Both the position numbers and the translations under genes were made by a program. Under the pieces are notes generated by a model. It was not told the origin of the DNA and ran no database searches. It saw only the letters and a program-made list of their open reading frames with translations. A stretch of 64,000 bases of DNA from Spirochaetales bacterium. Lineage in GTDB: Bacteria > Spirochaetota > Spirochaetia > JABEVK01. Shown here one piece after another: positions 29,562 to 38,976 of this stretch (the stretch's first letter is position 1; the number at the start of each line of letters is the position of its first letter). The stretch is from the NCBI GenBank assembly GCA_037142615.1, contig JBAXAI010000001.1:32001-96000 (forward strand), given 5' to 3'.

Positions 29562-29588
29562 AACCACCCGCGAGGGTGGTTTTTCTTT
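29562..29588 (+). terminator. intrinsic terminator after rpmE
   Basis: AACCACCC-GCGA-GGGTGGTT followed by a T-rich tract. Confidence 0.88.
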
Positions 29589-29600
29589 GTCCGAAGAAAG

Positions 29601-29882
29601 TTAGCCTTGGACCGGAGGCGCGAGGTTGGCCCAGGTTGCACCTCGGTTGCCGTTGACATCATCGCCGTAACTGACCACAAAAGCGGTGGCTTCCAGAACC
29701 TTTCGTACTACGTCGCGCTGGAAGCCGGTTCCCTTGCCGTGGATGATCCGAACCTGCTCGTAACCGAGCCGACGGGCTTCGAGCAGGTACTCCGCCGTGG
29801 CTTCGGGAATCTCGTTTTGCCGGAAGGTATGCAGGTCAAACTCGCGGCCCAAGGGGAGGACCACCGTTTCTTCGTCACTCAA
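29601..29882 (-). CDS. stand-alone Smr-domain protein
   Basis: FDLHTF, RIIHGKGTG, N.GAT; TTG start overlaps the pcnB stop. Confidence 0.88.
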   Translation of the reverse strand: MSDEETVVLPLGREFDLHTFRQNEIPEATAEYLLEARRLGYEQVRIIHGKGTGFQRDVVRKVLEATAFVVSYGDDVNGNRGATWANLAPPVQG

Positions 29883-31012
29883 AGGGCAGGGCCTTCTGGC
29901 TTGTGGTGAACTCCCGAACTTGTACCACCACCACGACGGTGGCGCTGACGCGGCGGGCGCTTTCTCGGGGCCCTTACAGCCCAGACCCGGTAGAGCGTAC
30001 GCAGCGCAGTTTCGAGCTCCTGATTGGAGGGAATGATAGGCTTGAACCAGTCTTTGAGCTCCTGAAGAATCTGATCGAAGTTCTCCAGCGTGGCCCGGTT
30101 CTGCCAGCCCTGAGCTTCCAGCAACGGCGCCACCAAGAAACTCACAGCCGCCGAACGGTCAGGTTCCTTGCCAGCCTTCACTTCGGCGTCAAGCAGGGCC
30201 AAAGCTTGGGCCATTACCGGCGACTGAGGACCGAAAAGCCCTCGGTGCAGGGCCAGCGCAAGCTGCGGCACAAAGGCGTCGAGCACCTTGAGCTTTTCCA
30301 TCGCCGAGAAAATAGGCTGCGAATTGCCGGAAAACAGGACCTTGTAGAACTCTTCCGTGAGCCGCGCGGGCGAGATAGCCAACAGGAGGGGGGCCTTTCG
30401 CCGGATTTGCGCCTGAATGTTGCCGGGAATTCGAAAGCCGCTGGTCGTGGCGTACTTGGCCGCACGGATCATCCGTACGGGGTCCTCGTCAAAGATCACT
30501 TCCAGGGGAATGACGTTTTGGAGACGCTTGGACCGAATGTCCTTGACGCCCCCGGTCAGGTCGACGATGTACTGGTCTTTCGGATCGTAGAACAGAGTGT
30601 TGAAGGTGAAGTCGCGGCGTTTGGCGTCTTCTTCCAAGGTGCCGAACACGTTGTTGTCGCCTTCCACGTTACTGCGGAACGTGGCAACCTCGATGATCTT
30701 GTTCTGGGCAAAGTACACATGCACCAGCCGGAAACGCTTGCCGATGATCCGGCTGAACGGCAGCACTTTCTTGATCGCCCGCGGATGCGCGTCGGTGGCG
30801 ATGTCGAAGTCCTTGGGTTTGCGTCCCAACAGCAGGTCGCGGACCGCGCCTCCCACCACGTAGGCCTCGAACCCGGCCGAGCGGAGCTTGCGCGTGATGA
30901 AAAGGGCGTCGGGGTCAATCTGTTCCAGCTTGAGGCCGTGCTCTTCCTTGGTGTAGATGTCGGCCGACTTGACCGGGTTTCCGCGCGAGTCTTTTGTGTA
31001 CCGGGCTAACAT
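29879..31012 (-). CDS. pcnB: poly(A) polymerase / CCA-adding family nucleotidyltransferase
   Basis: VGGAVRDLL..PKDFDI, IIGKRFRLVHV (PAP-type signature), RRDFT.N, EDPVRMIRA. Confidence 0.88.
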   Translation of the reverse strand: MLARYTKDSRGNPVKSADIYTKEEHGLKLEQIDPDALFITRKLRSAGFEAYVVGGAVRDLLLGRKPKDFDIATDAHPRAIKKVLPFSRIIGKRFRLVHVYFAQNKIIEVATFRSNVEGDNNVFGTLEEDAKRRDFTFNTLFYDPKDQYIVDLTGGVKDIRSKRLQNVIPLEVIFDEDPVRMIRAAKYATTSGFRIPGNIQAQIRRKAPLLLAISPARLTEEFYKVLFSGNSQPIFSAMEKLKVLDAFVPQLALALHRGLFGPQSPVMAQALALLDAEVKAGKEPDRSAAVSFLVAPLLEAQGWQNRATLENFDQILQELKDWFKPIIPSNQELETALRTLYRVWAVRAPRKRPPRQRHRRGGGTSSGVHHKPEGPAL

Positions 31013-31830
31013 GGCATTACCGCCTCGATGCTGGAGATCAGGGCCTCATAGGCCGGTGCGAGGCTGGTTTCGCCTTCAAGAATCGCCTTGCCCGACTCGG
31101 AAAGTGTCACCGCCCGTGGATCCATGGGGATCGACCCCAAAAAGGGCACTCCCAACTCTTCGCAGGCCCGCTTGCCGCCACCCTCACCAAAAAGCGGCAA
31201 GAGCGTCCCGTCGGCCGGATTCAGGTAGCCAGCCATATTCTCGACCAGACCCAACAGCGGCATTTTCAGCTGTTTGCTGAAATCGATGGTGCGGCGGGCG
31301 TCAAGCACCGAGACCGACTGGGGGGTCGTGACAATCAAACAACCGCGGCTGGGCGAGGAGTTGAGGGTTTGAGCCACTGTCAACGGTTCATCGCCGGTGC
31401 CTGGTGGGGAGTCTACGATCAGATAGTCGAGCTCGGGCCACGCGACGTCGGCAAGCAGTTGATTGATCAGCGCGATTTTGATAGGACCCCGCCAGATGTA
31501 CGCTGTGTCGACAGGACGCCCGGTCAGAGCCACCGAGACGACGAAGAGGTTGGGACGGGCTTCCAGCGGTTCTATGCTGGATTCTGCGACGCTCATACGC
31601 TCGTTGTCGATTCCGAGCATGTGGGCCACGTTGGGGCCGTGAATGTCCGTATCGAGCAAACCCACCCGATGGCCTTTCAGGGCCAGTCCGACGGCCAAGT
31701 TGACGCTTACGGTTGACTTTCCTACGCCGCCTTTGCCCGACAGAACGACAACCTTGTGCTTGATCTTCTTCATGTTGGCCCGCAGGCGCATCATCTGGGC
31801 GAGCTTCTCGTCGCCTTCGGGACCGTGCAT
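31006..31830 (-). CDS. Mrp/ApbC/NBP35 family ATPase
   Basis: SGKGGVGKST, DIHGPN, WRGP, DSPPGTGD, VTTPQ, VENM; C-terminal CxxC absent. Confidence 0.9.
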   Translation of the reverse strand: MHGPEGDEKLAQMMRLRANMKKIKHKVVVLSGKGGVGKSTVSVNLAVGLALKGHRVGLLDTDIHGPNVAHMLGIDNERMSVAESSIEPLEARPNLFVVSVALTGRPVDTAYIWRGPIKIALINQLLADVAWPELDYLIVDSPPGTGDEPLTVAQTLNSSPSRGCLIVTTPQSVSVLDARRTIDFSKQLKMPLLGLVENMAGYLNPADGTLLPLFGEGGGKRACEELGVPFLGSIPMDPRAVTLSESGKAILEGETSLAPAYEALISSIEAVMPC

Positions 31831-31847
31831 GGAAATCTCCTGATCGG

Positions 31848-32069
31848 CTAGTCCGAAACCTTGGTTGTCTCGGTGGGTTTGGCGGCGGGCTTTTTCGAGT
31901 CGTTGATGTAGAATCCGCTGCCCCGAAAAATGATGCCGGAGCCGCCGCCAATCAGGCGCTTCAGGCGGCCCTTGCAACTGGGGCACATCGCGAGAGGTTC
32001 ATCGTTCATCGACTGGAAGGTTTCCAGTTCGTGGCCGCAATCCTGGCAGGCATAGTCGTACGTCGGCAT
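31848..32069 (-). CDS. FmdB-family zinc-ribbon protein
   Basis: MPTYDYACQDCG..CPSC..FRGSGFYIND; GAGG SD. Confidence 0.9.
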   Translation of the reverse strand: MPTYDYACQDCGHELETFQSMNDEPLAMCPSCKGRLKRLIGGGSGIIFRGSGFYINDSKKPAAKPTETTKVSD

Positions 32070-32186
32070 GGTGTTCCTCGTGACAGAAAAATAGCATTCG
32101 GCGCCCATCTGAGCAAGGCCCTCATCAGCCCAGACCGGAAGGCCTTCAAATCTGATATAATTGGTCAACAAATCTCGTTTCCAACC

Positions 32187-32215
32187 TTGACAGGTCTGTT
32201 GTTCCGACTTAACTT
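32187..32215 (+). promoter_or_regulatory. sigma70 promoter, leaderless geometry
   Basis: TTGACA-17 nt-TAACTT-6 nt-ATG 32222. Confidence 0.75.
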
Positions 32216-32221
32216 TCCTGC

Positions 32222-32905
32222 ATGAGTACCGACACATCGATCCTGAAAGCCTTTCCAGCTGCTGCTGAGTACCTGTCCAGCATCCACCTGATTTGCCGGG
32301 ATTACGGCTATGCCGCCAATCATCGCCTCGCCGACTGGATGGGAGTTTCCACATCGGCGGTTACCCAGGCTCTTGGCCGTCTCAAAAAGCAGGGTTTGGT
32401 CGAGCAGGAGCGCTATGAGCACGTTTTGCTGACCGACGCCGGCAGGGAGTTGGCCGTCAAGGTCCTTAAGCGACACTTTCTCTTGGAGCACCTGCTGGTG
32501 AAAACTTTGGATTTTCCCTGGGACAAGTCGGACGACGAGGCTAAGGTCCTGCAAAACCAGATTAGCGATGATCTTGCTGATCACCTCGACTCCAAACTTG
32601 GCTTTCCTCAGACTTGCCCCCACGGCAATCCGATGCCTGGTGCCGCCATCGAAGCGAAACTGCTCGGTGCCAACCGTCTCAACAAGGCCGTCGCCGGTGA
32701 GTCTATGCACATTCTGCGCATCACCGAGGAAGGCGAGGGCATTCGGGAGATGTTGCCCTACTGCCAGAATCACGGCGTCAAGCCGGGCGCTCGGTTTGTG
32801 GTCAAACACGTGGACCACGAAGCCGTTCAGATGACCAAGGCCGATGGCAGTGACGTTGTTGTGCCCTTGCACTTGGCAGCGCACATCGGCTACGAGTTGG
32901 TTTGA
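32222..32905 (+). CDS. DtxR/MntR family metal-dependent repressor with FeoA-like C-terminus
   Basis: EYL..I, wHTH, RH.LLE, P.TCPHGNPMP. Confidence 0.9.
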   Translation: MSTDTSILKAFPAAAEYLSSIHLICRDYGYAANHRLADWMGVSTSAVTQALGRLKKQGLVEQERYEHVLLTDAGRELAVKVLKRHFLLEHLLVKTLDFPWDKSDDEAKVLQNQISDDLADHLDSKLGFPQTCPHGNPMPGAAIEAKLLGANRLNKAVAGESMHILRITEEGEGIREMLPYCQNHGVKPGARFVVKHVDHEAVQMTKADGSDVVVPLHLAAHIGYELV

Positions 32906-33591
32906 TCGTCGGCCGGGGGCTTTCTAAGCGGGTGTCCGGCCCAATACATCACCACTCTCACAACGAGTGTGATCACCAAAACGGCAATCGTGAGAACGAG
33001 GCTGAGGCGTAGTTGCCCCAGAAGATCTCCTACCCCCTTGGTGCTGTTGGCCTCGCGGTTCGAGATGAGCCGTTCGAGGTTGGTCCTCAGTTCTGCCGCA
33101 CCCGCTTTCAGTTCGCGCAGACCGTCGCGGCTCAGGACCGTTGGTTCGCCCCCCTTCGGGGTCTGCGGGTGAACTCGCTTCTTCAAGGCAACAAAATCCT
33201 TCAGGTGGTCCTGAGTCGCCACAAGCGCGGCCTTGGCTTTCGGAGTGTAGAAGCGCGGTGCCCCGGCCCGAACGGCCGCCTGCAGTTGCCCTAACGCCGC
33301 TTCGATCGAAAGGTCTGCCTTAGCCCGCTCCTCGGGAGTCTGTCCCAGAACGAGAGCCTGTGCGGCGTTTTCCACGCCCAGTAGCGCAATCAGGGCCGTC
33401 TGCACGCTGTCCCCGCCACGGACATCGTTTTCGTAGACGTCCTGGATCCGGGTCTCGACGGCGGTGAGGAACTGGATGGAAAACGCTGTGCCGACCACCG
33501 TAATGACCAGAACTACGGCAAAGGTCCAGGTGTAGTCGGTAAAAAAGTGGATCGCGGCCTTGCCGAGCCGGTCGAGGACCGGTTTACGCAT
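32890..33591 (-). CDS. membrane protein with a four-helix-bundle (MCP-type) sensor domain and no cytoplasmic output domain
   Basis: TM-(VETRIQDVYEND..)-TM architecture with an approx. 15-aa cytoplasmic tail; start overlaps the hisF stop. Confidence 0.6.
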   Translation of the reverse strand: MRKPVLDRLGKAAIHFFTDYTWTFAVVLVITVVGTAFSIQFLTAVETRIQDVYENDVRGGDSVQTALIALLGVENAAQALVLGQTPEERAKADLSIEAALGQLQAAVRAGAPRFYTPKAKAALVATQDHLKDFVALKKRVHPQTPKGGEPTVLSRDGLRELKAGAAELRTNLERLISNREANSTKGVGDLLGQLRLSLVLTIAVLVITLVVRVVMYWAGHPLRKPPADDQTNS

Positions 33592-34363
33592 CGAGGTAGT
33601 CACGTCGAACCGTGACCCCGGCTTCGGACAGTGACGCCTTGATGCCAGCCACGGTGTAGGTGCCGTAGTGCACCATGCTGGCGACAAGGGCGGCGTCGGC
33701 TTTGCCTTCCTGAAGCACCGCGCGCAGGTGTTCGGGCGTTCCGGCTCCGCCCGAGGCGACAACTGGAATCGGAAGCGCCTGGGAGATCAGCCGGGTCAAG
33801 ACCAGATCATAGCCAGCCTTGGTACCGTCAGCGTCGATGGAATTGAGCACAATTTCACCCGCTCCCAGGCCCTGACCTTGGCGGGCCCACTCCAGGGCAT
33901 CGAGGTTGGTGGGTGTTCGGCCCCCATTGATTACAACCCGATACCCCGAGGGCATCGCCGGGTCGGCCAGCGCGTCGATGGCCAGGACGATGCTCTGACT
34001 CCCATAGAGGCGGGCACCTTGGCGGATCAACTCGGGGTTGAGCACCGCTTGGCTGTTGAGGCTGACCTTTTCGGCCCCCGCCAAGATGACTTGGCGGATG
34101 TCTTCGGCGGTCTTGATGCCGCCGCCGACACAGAACGGGATGAAAATCTTTTGCGCGACCCGGCGTACCACGTCGATCAGGATGCTGCGGTTCTCGGCGC
34201 TCGCGGTGATATCGTAGAACACCAGCTCGTCCACACCCTGCCGATAGTAAAGCTCGGCCATTTCGACCGGATCACCGAGTTCCTTGGTGTCGACAAACTT
34301 GACGCTCTTTACCGTCTTTCCGTCCCGCACATCGAGGCAGACGATCACGCGCTTTTGCAGCAC
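33584..34363 (-). CDS. hisF: imidazole glycerol phosphate synthase cyclase subunit
   Basis: [35 protein letters not shown]. Confidence 0.97.
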   Translation of the reverse strand: MLQKRVIVCLDVRDGKTVKSVKFVDTKELGDPVEMAELYYRQGVDELVFYDITASAENRSILIDVVRRVAQKIFIPFCVGGGIKTAEDIRQVILAGAEKVSLNSQAVLNPELIRQGARLYGSQSIVLAIDALADPAMPSGYRVVINGGRTPTNLDALEWARQGQGLGAGEIVLNSIDADGTKAGYDLVLTRLISQALPIPVVASGGAGTPEHLRAVLQEGKADAALVASMVHYGTYTVAGIKASLSEAGVTVRRDYLDA

Positions 34364-34364
34364 T

Positions 34365-34979
34365 TCACGGCCTCCACTTGAGGAAGTTCTCTACCAACTT
34401 CAGCCCGACGGGCCCGGATTTTTCGGGGTGGAATTGCCAGGTGGCGAGACTCCCGTGGACAAAACCTACCGTGAACGAGATGCCGTGGTCGGTCGTGCCG
34501 AGAACGCTCACTCCAGGCGCCGGCGCCGTGTAGAAGGAATGGACGAAGTAGAAACTAGACCTGTTGGGAATGCCCCGAACCAGAGGGTGCGCCGGATCCG
34601 TCAGCGACACTTCGTTCCACCCCATGTGTGGCACCTTGAGACCACCGCCGCCTGGGAGTCGATGGCAACTGCCGGGAACCAGCCCCAGGCAAGCGCACGG
34701 GCCCTCATCGCTACGCTCGAGTACAATCTGACTGCCCACACAGATGCCCAGAATGGGGCGGCCTTGTTGAAGAAAGTCCGCCAGCAACTGGTCCAGACCC
34801 TGTGAACGGAGGTTCTCCATGCAGGTTTGAGCGTGGCCGTCGCCGGGGACCAAGAGGCGGTCGGCCCGGGCCAGTGCGGCCGGATCCGAAGAAACGAGCC
34901 ACTTTTCACCCAAGTGGTCGAGCGCATTCTGCACGCTGGTCAGGTTACCCGCATCGTAGTCCAGGATCCCGGTGATCAT
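34365..34979 (-). CDS. hisH: imidazole glycerol phosphate synthase glutamine amidotransferase subunit
   Basis: DY.AGNL.SV, GICVG, VPHMGWN, QFHPEKS. Confidence 0.96.
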   Translation of the reverse strand: MITGILDYDAGNLTSVQNALDHLGEKWLVSSDPAALARADRLLVPGDGHAQTCMENLRSQGLDQLLADFLQQGRPILGICVGSQIVLERSDEGPCACLGLVPGSCHRLPGGGGLKVPHMGWNEVSLTDPAHPLVRGIPNRSSFYFVHSFYTAPAPGVSVLGTTDHGISFTVGFVHGSLATWQFHPEKSGPVGLKLVENFLKWRP

Positions 34980-35782
34980 GGCGCCCCCGGGGACGGGCCC
35001 AGCAGATTCCGTGCCCACGAGACAGCCTCGGCTTGGGGAACCACGAAAGGCTGGCCCACGAGCGTTGCGGCCTCGGCGCTCCAACTGAGATTCTGCCCAA
35101 GTTTGTCATCGAGCAGCGAGCCGGTCAGTGCCAGCAGCACGAGTCCGACCGCCGCCGCGCGGGAATCAGGCAGGTTGAGCAGGAGCTTGCCCGAGAGATC
35201 CGCTCCCTTGGCCTGAAGGTCGAGGTCCAGCGAATCGACGGAAAATAGCCTTCCGGCCAGCGCACCCAGCAGCAGGGGAGCCGGCTGTTTCAGGGTAAGC
35301 CGCACATCGGCTTTCGCCCACAAAGCATCCTCGACGGGCGAAAGCGGCGGCACGAGTCGGGTGCTGAGGGTATCGGCCGCGGTGTGCTCCACGAGCACCA
35401 GGCCGTCACGCGGTTGAATTACCCGCCATCCGGTTGGGGGCGGGTTCCAAAAAAGTGCCCACGCCACGGCCAAGCGGGGCAGGTCGCCTTCGAGAGCGAG
35501 TCGGGCCCCATCCAGCGACAAGCGGACTGTCGAAGCCTCGTCACCGGTCAAAGGAAGACTGACCCAAAGTTTCTCGGTACGCCGCGCGGCTTCCGCAAGC
35601 CCCGGCACGGACGCAGCTTGCGCCCTGAGCACGGGCAGTCGATCGACCTCGAGCTTGGCAACAAGAGCTTGCTGCGCCGAAACCCAGGCACCGGCGGACA
35701 CCTCAGCGCCCGGCTCCGGAAGACCCGCGCAGGAGGCGAGGATCGCGAAGACCAGCAGGCTGCAGGCAACTTTGGTGCGCAT
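34976..35782 (-). CDS. hypothetical lipoprotein
   Basis: MRTK..LLVFAILASC lipobox; fits between ileS and hisH with ATGA overlap. Confidence 0.65.
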   Translation of the reverse strand: MRTKVACSLLVFAILASCAGLPEPGAEVSAGAWVSAQQALVAKLEVDRLPVLRAQAASVPGLAEAARRTEKLWVSLPLTGDEASTVRLSLDGARLALEGDLPRLAVAWALFWNPPPTGWRVIQPRDGLVLVEHTAADTLSTRLVPPLSPVEDALWAKADVRLTLKQPAPLLLGALAGRLFSVDSLDLDLQAKGADLSGKLLLNLPDSRAAAVGLVLLALTGSLLDDKLGQNLSWSAEAATLVGQPFVVPQAEAVSWARNLLGPSPGAP

Positions 35783-35786
35783 GAAC

Positions 35787-38700
35787 CTAGAGTTTTTCAA
35801 TGCGGAAACAGAAGAACTCGTCACCGGATTCGGCCTCCTGCAAGCCTGGCTCAACGACCCCGTCCGCAGGTTGAACCAGGTTTTTCCATTCGGCCTTCGC
35901 TGCCAACGTTTCCTGGGCCAGCACCGAGCCGAACGCGTCGAGGGACTCGCGGATGACCTCGGTGCCGCCGAAGGTCAGCCGGATGCGGTCGCTCACGGCC
36001 AAGCCCGACTCCTTGCGGGCATTCTGCACGGCACGCACCATGTCGCGCATGTGGCCTTCCAGTTTGAGCTCGCGGGTCACCTCACCGTCGAGCGCCAGCG
36101 TGAGGCTGCCTTCGTTGATGACTTTGAGTGTGGCCCTTTCTTTGCGTACCACCACGACCGACTCTTGATCCAGCGTCACGGCGATGCCCTCGACCTCGAG
36201 ATGCAAGCTGTTGCCTTCGAGCAGCGACACGATTTCAGCCGGCCCCAGGGCTTCGATCCGACTGGCCGCAGCCTTCATCGAGCCACCCAGCACTTTGCCC
36301 AGCACCTTGAAGTTGGCCTTGGCGCTGTACTCGACCAGCGACTCCTCATTGTCCTGAAACAGGACTTCCTTCACGTTAAGCTCCTCGCGGATGAGATCTT
36401 CCATCTCGCGGAGAACTCCCTTTTCCTCGGCGTTGCGGGTGACCAGATAGACCGTTTTCAGCGGTTGGCGGTTCTTGAGGTTGTGGGTGTTGCGCAGCGA
36501 ACGCCCCAGCACCACAGCCCGGCGGGCCGATTCCATCTTGGCCTCGAGGTCCGGCCGGCGACGGCTGGAATCCAGCGCCGGCCAGTCAGCCAGGTGCACC
36601 GATTCAGGATCGCTGTACGAGCGGAGGTTTTGCCAGATCTCTTCGGTGATGAACGGCACAAAAGGCGCCGCCAGCACGACAAAACGTTTGAGCACCTGAT
36701 ACAGCACGTCGTAGGCCTCGAGCTTATCGTTGTCGTTTTCACCTTTCCAGAAGCGGCGGCGGGAGCGCCGGATGTACCAGTTGTTGAGCAGGTCGAGGAA
36801 GCGGGTCAGCTCGCCTATGGCGCGAGTGATTTCGTAGGCATCGAGCTGGGTGGTGACGCCTTCGGTCATGCGCTCAGCCTCGGACAGAATCCAGCCATCG
36901 AGCGGATTGGAAGGTCGGCTGACCACGCCGACGGGGGTTGCCTTGTCGAGGTTGGCATAGGTAACAAAGAAGCTGTAGCTGTTCCACAGCGGCAGCAGCA
37001 CTTCGCGCAGGATGGCCTGGACTCCTTCGTCGCTGTAGCGCAGGTCGTCTGCCTTCGTCACCGGGCTCGACATCAAGAACAGGCGCAGCGCATCAGCTCC
37101 GTGAACTTTCATCACCTCGTAGGGGTCGGTGAAGTTGCGCTGGCTTTTGGACATCTTTTTGCCATCGGTGGCCAGCACCAGGCCCGAAACCACGCAGTTT
37201 TGGAAGGTGGCGCGGTCCATCAGCGCGGTGCCGAGGATGTGGAGCGTGTAGAACCAGCCGCGGGTCTGGTCGAGACCCTCGTTGATGAAGTCAGCAGGGA
37301 AGTGAGACTCGAACTTGGCCTTGTTTTCGAACGGGTAGTGCACCTGGCCGTACGGCATGGCCCCCGATTCGAACCAGCAGTCGAGCACCTCGGGAATCCG
37401 CCGCATGGTGCCCTTGCCGCAGGTGCACTGCCAGACGATCTGGTCGACAAAGTGTTTGTGCAGGTCGTCGGGACGGGTGCCGCTGAGCGCTTTCAGCTCG
37501 TCGCGGCTGCCCACGCAGATTTCTTCGGTGCAGCCCTCGTGGTCGCAACGCCAAATCGGCAAAGGGTTGCCCCAGAAGCGGTTACGGCTGATGGCCCAGT
37601 CGCGGGCGTTTTCGAGCCATTTGCCGAAGCGGCCCTGCTGGATGTGTTCGGGAACCCAATTGATGGTGTTGTTGTTGGCCAGCATCTTTGGTTTGATCTT
37701 CTCGACGCTGACGAACCAGCTCGAGATCGCGCGGTAGATGAGGGGGCTGGAACAGCGCCAGCAGTGGGGGTAAGCGTGCAGAATCTGATCGCGCTTGACC
37801 AGTTTGCCCTCCGTCTTAAGGCGGTCGAGGATGTCCTTGTCGCAGTCCTTGACGAAGCGGCCCTCGAAGTCGGGCACTTCGGCGGTGAAGCGGCACTCGG
37901 CGTCGATGGGGCTGACGACGGTGATGCCAGAGTTCTTGAGGATGCGGTAGTCGTCCTCGCCGAAGCCGGGAGCGGTGTGCACGATGCCGGTACCGTCGGT
38001 GTCGGTGACGTGGTCGCCGACAAAGGTGACGAAGGCCCCGTTGGTCGCCTCGCTGGCAAAGTAGGGGAACAACGGCTGGTAGGCGACGCCACCGAGTTCG
38101 CTGCCGGGCTTGGTCCACAGGATTTTGACCGCCTCGACATCTTTGTAGTAGGCGCCGAGCCGGCCCTTGGCCAGAATGTAGGCTTCCGCTCCGTCCTGAA
38201 TCTTGACGTATTCCACTTTGGGGCCAAGAGATAAGGCCAGATTGCTGGGCAACGTCCAGGGCGTGGTGGTCCACGCGAGGAAGCTGGTGCCGGGCTCGTC
38301 ACGCAGCGCGAACTTCACCGTAACGGCCGGGTCATGAACGTCTTTGTACCCGCCCAGGTTGAGCTCGTGGTTCGACAACACGGTGGAACAGCGGGGACAG
38401 TAGGGCAGGATGTAGTGACCTTCGTAGAGCAGATCCTTGGTCCAAAGCTCTTTCATGACCCACCAGATGGACTCCATGTAGTCGGGGTCCATGGTCTTGT
38501 AGTCGTTGTCGAAGTCGACCCAGCGGCCTGCACGGGTCATGATGGTGCGCCACTCTTCGGTGTACTTGAGCACAGCGGTGCGGCAGGCTTCGTTGAAGTT
38601 GGCCACCCCGTAGGCCTCGATCTCGTGCTTGCTGTTGAGGCCCAGTTGCTTTTCGACGATGTTCTCGACCGGCAGACCGTGACAGTCCCAGCCGAAACGC

Positions 38701-38942
38701 CGCTCGACCAGTTTGCCCTTCATCGTTTGGTAACGTGGAATGATGTCTTTGATGGTGCCGGGAACGAAGTGGCCGAAGTGAGGCAATCCGGTGGCGAAAG
38801 GCGGACCATCGTAGAACACGAACTCTTCGCGGCCCCGGCGCTGCTCCAGCGTTTTGGCAAAAATACGCTCTTGGTCCCAGAACTTGAGCACAGAATCTTC
38901 CATCGAAGGGAAGTGGACTTTGGGATCAACCGACTTGTACAT
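35787..38942 (-). CDS. ileS: isoleucine--tRNA ligase (type 2)
   Basis: DGPPFATGLPHFGH, WTTTPWTLPSN, DQTRGWF, KMSKS, NWYIRRSRRRF. Confidence 0.97.
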   Translation of the reverse strand: MYKSVDPKVHFPSMEDSVLKFWDQERIFAKTLEQRRGREEFVFYDGPPFATGLPHFGHFVPGTIKDIIPRYQTMKGKLVERRFGWDCHGLPVENIVEKQLGLNSKHEIEAYGVANFNEACRTAVLKYTEEWRTIMTRAGRWVDFDNDYKTMDPDYMESIWWVMKELWTKDLLYEGHYILPYCPRCSTVLSNHELNLGGYKDVHDPAVTVKFALRDEPGTSFLAWTTTPWTLPSNLALSLGPKVEYVKIQDGAEAYILAKGRLGAYYKDVEAVKILWTKPGSELGGVAYQPLFPYFASEATNGAFVTFVGDHVTDTDGTGIVHTAPGFGEDDYRILKNSGITVVSPIDAECRFTAEVPDFEGRFVKDCDKDILDRLKTEGKLVKRDQILHAYPHCWRCSSPLIYRAISSWFVSVEKIKPKMLANNNTINWVPEHIQQGRFGKWLENARDWAISRNRFWGNPLPIWRCDHEGCTEEICVGSRDELKALSGTRPDDLHKHFVDQIVWQCTCGKGTMRRIPEVLDCWFESGAMPYGQVHYPFENKAKFESHFPADFINEGLDQTRGWFYTLHILGTALMDRATFQNCVVSGLVLATDGKKMSKSQRNFTDPYEVMKVHGADALRLFLMSSPVTKADDLRYSDEGVQAILREVLLPLWNSYSFFVTYANLDKATPVGVVSRPSNPLDGWILSEAERMTEGVTTQLDAYEITRAIGELTRFLDLLNNWYIRRSRRRFWKGENDNDKLEAYDVLYQVLKRFVVLAAPFVPFITEEIWQNLRSYSDPESVHLADWPALDSSRRRPDLEAKMESARRAVVLGRSLRNTHNLKNRQPLKTVYLVTRNAEEKGVLREMEDLIREELNVKEVLFQDNEESLVEYSAKANFKVLGKVLGGSMKAAASRIEALGPAEIVSLLEGNSLHLEVEGIAVTLDQESVVVVRKERATLKVINEGSLTLALDGEVTRELKLEGHMRDMVRAVQNARKESGLAVSDRIRLTFGGTEVIRESLDAFGSVLAQETLAAKAEWKNLVQPADGVVEPGLQEAESGDEFFCFRIEKL

Positions 38943-38976
38943 GGTGCATCATTGAACTAGAGAACTCGGGCTCAGG

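Noticed and set aside
35655-38234. 859-aa ORF antisense to ileS (and similar long antisense ORFs such as 5797-7275, 39001-40329, 58225-59865)
   Set aside because: Shadow frames caused by high-GC3 codon usage of real genes on the opposite strand; no recognisable motifs
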